Origin: Macrostomum lignano
Taxonomy: Eukaryota
Reading direction: 5' to 3'
Assembly (NCBI GenBank): GCA_002269645.1
Contig: NIVC01004657.1
Span: 1 to 39,098, forward strand
Length of the DNA: 39,098 nucleotides
Position 1 is the stretch's first letter. The number at the start of each line of letters is the position of its first letter. Shown here piece by piece: positions 34,977-39,098 of the stretch. Under the pieces are notes generated by a model. It saw only the letters and a program-made list of their open reading frames with translations. It was not told where the DNA came from and searched no databases. The translations under genes were made by a program, and so were the position numbers.

Positions 34977-36397
34977 TCACTGGGGCACATCATACACCGC
35001 CATCAACTTGTCATCGCCAACGCTGACCAGCCGATTTCCAAATGAATTGTACTCCTGACGCACCACACCTGATCGTTGTGCTCAAAGTAGGTGTTCTTGC
35101 TGCCTGCCGGCCAGCCGCCACTCACACCTTGACGGTCTTGTCCGAGCTGCAGGTGGCGATCTGCTGGCCGTCCGGGTGCACAGCCAGCGACACCACCCAG
35201 TTGGAGTGGCCGCTCAAAGTTGCAACCAGCTCGCCTTTGCCACGCTGAACACCTTCACGTGGGTGTCATCCGACACGGTGATCAGGTGCTGGCCGTCCGG
35301 GGTGAACTGCAGCGCCCTGACCGGCATGGCGTGGCCGACCAGAGTGTGCCGCAGCTGGCCGGCCGTCAGGTCCAGCACGTTGATGACGCCATCCACCGAG
35401 CCAGTGGCCAGCAAGCTTCCGTCGGGCTGTAGGCCAGGCTCATGCAGAACTGGCCCTCTGTGTCAGCGTGGTCACCTGGCGGGTCGCGAGCGGTTTGCTA
35501 AGCAACTGTTCTCGGTTTGTCTGCCCCAGTCTCCCGCTCCTCTGCCCAATCTCACACCCCATCTCCCCAATCTCACACTCCATCTCCCCAATCTCACACT
35601 CGATCTACCCAGTCTCACTCCACCTGCCCAGTCTTACCCTCCATCTGCCGAGTCTTATCCTCCATCTGCCCCAATCTCACCCTCCATCTGCCCAATCTCA
35701 CCCTCCATCTGCCCCAATCTCACCCTCCATCTGCCCAATTTCACCCTTCATCTGCCCAATCTCACATTCCATCTGCCCAGTCTCACCCTCCATCTGCCCA
35801 GTCTCAGCTTCATCTGCACAATCTCACCCTCCATCTAAACAATCTCACACTTTATCTCCACAACCTCACCCTCCATCTGCACAATCTCACACCTAATCTC
35901 CACAATCTTACCTCGATCTGCACAATCTCACCTTCCATATTCTACCCGATCTAACTCTATATCTACCCAGTCCCACTCCCAGCACGCGTGGGCACCTTAT
36001 TTCCGGAGGACACCTCGAACAAGTTGACCCTGGCCACGTTGCTGCCGGTGGCCAGCAGTTTGCCATCGGGCGAGAAGCTCACAGTCCAGGCATCCACTGA
36101 GCCGGCATCGATGAAGCGGGCCTGCTTGCGCTCTGTAGGTCCCAGATTCGAATCTGTGCGTCCATCGAGGCTGGCAGCCAGGGTACCGTCGCGGCTGGTG
36201 TCAACGGAGATGACTCCCAGGTGGTGGCCCTCCAGGGTGTGCAGCAGCTCGCAGTGGTCAACTGACCAGCGCCACACCTTGACGCGATCGTCGAGCGAGC
36301 CGGTGACCAGAAAGTCGGTGCGGTCCGGCTTGGCCCAGGCCACGGACCAGATGCTCTCGTCGTGTGCGTTTTCCTGCCGGTACTTCACCGAGTACAT
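34977..36397 (-). CDS. WDR61: WD40 protein WDR61/SKI8 (PAF1C and SKI complex subunit), two exons, multiple frameshifts (assembly errors or pseudogene copy)
   Basis: Exons 36397-35996 and 35475-34977 (TGA). AHDESIWSVAW, VTGSLDDRVKVW, LEGHHLGVISVD, IDAGSVDAWT, GHAMPVRAL, HNDQVW and LVSVGDDK match human WDR61 as recalled. About 7 small indels are needed to keep frame. Confidence 0.9.
35525..35960. repeat. 21-22-bp minisatellite (cccaatctcaccctccatctg) in the WDR61 intron
   Basis: Seen directly. Confidence 0.92.
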
Positions 36398-36494
36398 GGC
36401 TGCGGCATGCAGTGCGGACCGGGGGGGGTTCGAGTTGGACAGCGAATCAACAACTGCGCAACACCTGAGCTGCTGACGCTTGTGGAGGGTTCGG

Positions 36495-37050
36495 GGTAGT
36501 CGGGATAGTGGGGTTCAGGTCATCAGGATAGTGGGTTCAGCGTCATCGGGATAGTGGGTTCAGGTCATCGGGATAGTGGGGTTCAGGTCATCGGATAGTG
36601 GGGTTCAGGTCATCGGGATAGTGGGTTCAGGTCATCGGGATGCTGGGGTTTCAGGTCATTGGGATAGTGGGGTTCAGGTCATTGGGATAGTGGGGTTCAG
36701 GTCATCGGGATGCTGGGGTTCAGGTCATTGGGATAGTGGGGTTCAGGTCATTGGGATAGTGGGTTCAGGTCATCGGATGCTGGGGTTCAGGTTATTGGGA
36801 TAGTGGGGTTCAGGTCATTGGGATAGTGGGGTTCAGGTATCGGGATGCTGGTTCAGGTCATCGGATAGTGGGGTTCAGGTCATTGGGATAGTGGGGTTCA
36901 GGTCATCGGGATAGTGGGGTTCAGGTCATTGGGATGCTGGGTTCAGGTCATCGGATAGTGGTTCAGGTCATCGGATATTCGGGTTCAGGTCATCGGAGCT
37001 GGGTTCAGGTCATCGGTGTGGGGTTCAGGTTATCGGGATGCTGGGTTGAG
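36495..37050. repeat. ~23-bp minisatellite (ggggttcaggtcatcgggatagt) upstream of the WDR61 ATG
   Basis: Seen directly. Confidence 0.93.
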
Positions 37051-38115
37051 CTAGTTAACAAGCATTTTGAAATGAAAATAAATGAACACTAAATGAACAG
37101 GCAACTGCAGATACAAATATGCTGGTGTCTGAGAGTCCATGTGTATTTCATGGCAGCCAGAGGGTCACAATTTGAGTTGTGCCCTCCACCCAGGCCGTCA
37201 GAGTTTGTATTATTTTACTGACAAAGGGACAGAAGGGCAACGGACTGCAAAGTGCATGTCCTTCTCGAAGTCAGGAAAATCCAGAATATTTTGTATGTAG
37301 CCATACGAGCACTAATACGATCTGTCTGTAATTATATTTTGTAGCAAATACAAGAAGTGTCATACTTGGCGATATTGGGGCTCGTGATCGGATGAACATT
37401 CAGAGCTACAGAACAACTGGGTGCCAGTCAAACACCAGCAACTACCTGTCTAAACTGGTTATGCAATATAAATATAAATAATATGGCGTATACTATTAAT
37501 ATTAGTAAGGTTTGCGGTATAAAACAAATCCTCTCAACTGGATCACGGAGATGCCCGTAGAGAGCGGGGAGAGACAGAACAGAGGCTGGGGCACTGGTAG
37601 GCAGCAGCTGGGAGATTTGAAAATAGGGAAAAACAAGAGAGTTATTGTTTTCTTCAGTGATGGATTTTCGGGCAACACGAAAGCAGTAAAAAACAGAGGG
37701 GGGGCACACAAAGACACGCAGATTCTCAGCAAGGAGGGATAATTTAAGCCATGAAAATTTTTCCCTGTGCCTGCCGGCCCGGCGATTTGACAGTTCACAA
37801 AGCGCGCGTCAAACAAGGATCATTTAAGCTTTAAAGAACATTCTGTACTTTCGTCTGTGGGACTTTATAAGAACTTAGCAGGTTCCTTTCGGCTTTAAAG
37901 AAAAAGTACAAAATAACCGAAGCCAACAAGAAACTAAGAAAATCAAATTTTTGCTTTTTAACAACGGGCAGAATTCGCCCCATCCCCCTAATCGCGAAGT
38001 CTCCCAGCAGATTAGCGCGAGCAAAATTCTAAATAAAAAATAAACTCCTACGATGCTCCTTCCCCTAGGATAAGACCTTTCCCTCCCAGTCGAAGGTTGG
38101 GCGCCGGCTGGCAGC

Positions 38116-38488
38116 TCAGGACGCCTGGGTCGACATGCCCTGGTCGCCGCCGCTCGAGTCCTGAGCCTTCATCACGTCGGGCAGCTCGGGCGGCGAGGTG
38201 TACGGCTCGATGTCCAGCGGCGGGAAGGGCGCGTCTGGACTGTCGCGGATGACGAGGCCGAGCACTGCGGGCAGCTGGGCTCTGGCCGTGCTGGCATTGA
38301 GGCCGCCAGTCGGCCAGTGTCCGGTTGTCCAGCAGGACTTCAGTCTCATCCTTCACCAGCTGCTGGTTCTCTGGCGACACCTTCAGGATGCCTTCAATCA
38401 TTTTCTTCAGCTCGAGCACCTGCGAGGTCTCCTTGGTGTCCAGCAGCATCGTGACCTTCTTGCAGCGGATCATAAAGTACACGTCCAT
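38116..38488 (-). CDS. ELOB: Elongin B, ~123 aa, intronless, with one +1 frameshift near 38307
   Basis: MDVYFMIRCKKVTMLLDTKE..LKKMIEGILK..TLAD then, in the shifted frame, GLNASTARAQLPAVLGL..EPYTSPPELPDVMK. This matches the Elongin B ubiquitin-like domain and its PPELPDVMK tail. Observed gactggcggcctc versus expected gac tgc ggc ctc. Confidence 0.93.
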
Positions 38489-39098
38489 TGTGGCTGCAGA
38501 CTAAGGGCGCGGCCGCTGTATGAAGCATGGAAACACAATTTAGTGCAAGAAGGTAAAAATGGCTGGCACAAAAAGTACATGCACAAAAAGTACATGCATG
38601 TTTTCTACGAGCATAGTTTAAAGGTTAAATAAAAGTTTGAAAAACATTTAAATAGTTATAGATAAGCACTAGGCATAGGAATACACAGATTTCAATATCT
38701 TATAGAGAGCTATTTTTTCTTGTAAATAAATAAAATGTGGAGTAAAGAATAGTTAAATCAAGATACTTGCACTTATTAATCAACTTTTTAAAAGCTAATA
38801 CTAATAGAAAATAGCAATAAAGCTTATAAAATGAAAACAAAGCTTAAATAAAAAATATCTGACTATTAGTTTTACTTTTATATAGAGACCTATTAAATAT
38901 TTTTTTACTTTTAGATTAAAATTTAGATATATAGATTTGTAATATACAAAATCGTTTGATGAAATAAAGAGGCCCAGTTAAAGAACCAAGGACAGGTAAA
39001 GGACTACACAAGATCATATTGTATTTGCCATATACTTCTAGCACACATTTAAAACAATTTGTGCATACCCCAGGCCTACATCTTATATAGACATGCTT

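Overview
Eukaryotic (metazoan) genomic DNA with GC-rich exons and introns packed with mini/microsatellites. The style suggests a free-living flatworm such as Macrostomum lignano, but that is inference and unverified. Genes: the 3' nine exons of ANKFY1/Rabankyrin-5 (+), a secreted/ER thioredoxin-fold protein (-), a two-exon ankyrin-repeat protein (+), a cGAS/Mab-21-like nucleotidyltransferase (cGLR, +), WDR61/SKI8 (-) and Elongin B (-). Several genes carry 1-2 nt indels, so either the assembly consensus is error-prone or these are decaying duplicates. Mobile DNA: a 6.2-kb TIR element (11575-17805) with subterminal repeat arrays encoding an intact coiled-coil + BEN-like protein but no recognisable transposase; a 265-bp Harbinger-like MITE; and a 1070-bp solo LTR inserted in a minisatellite. 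A ~2-kb segment (about 18100-20220) looks compositionally foreign, like a vertebrate CpG-island promoter/first exon. Best leads: the BEN-carrying transposon, the foreign-looking segment and the cGLR with an intact catalytic motif. No CRISPR, rRNA or tRNA genes were found. Homology calls come from remembered sequences; no searches were run.
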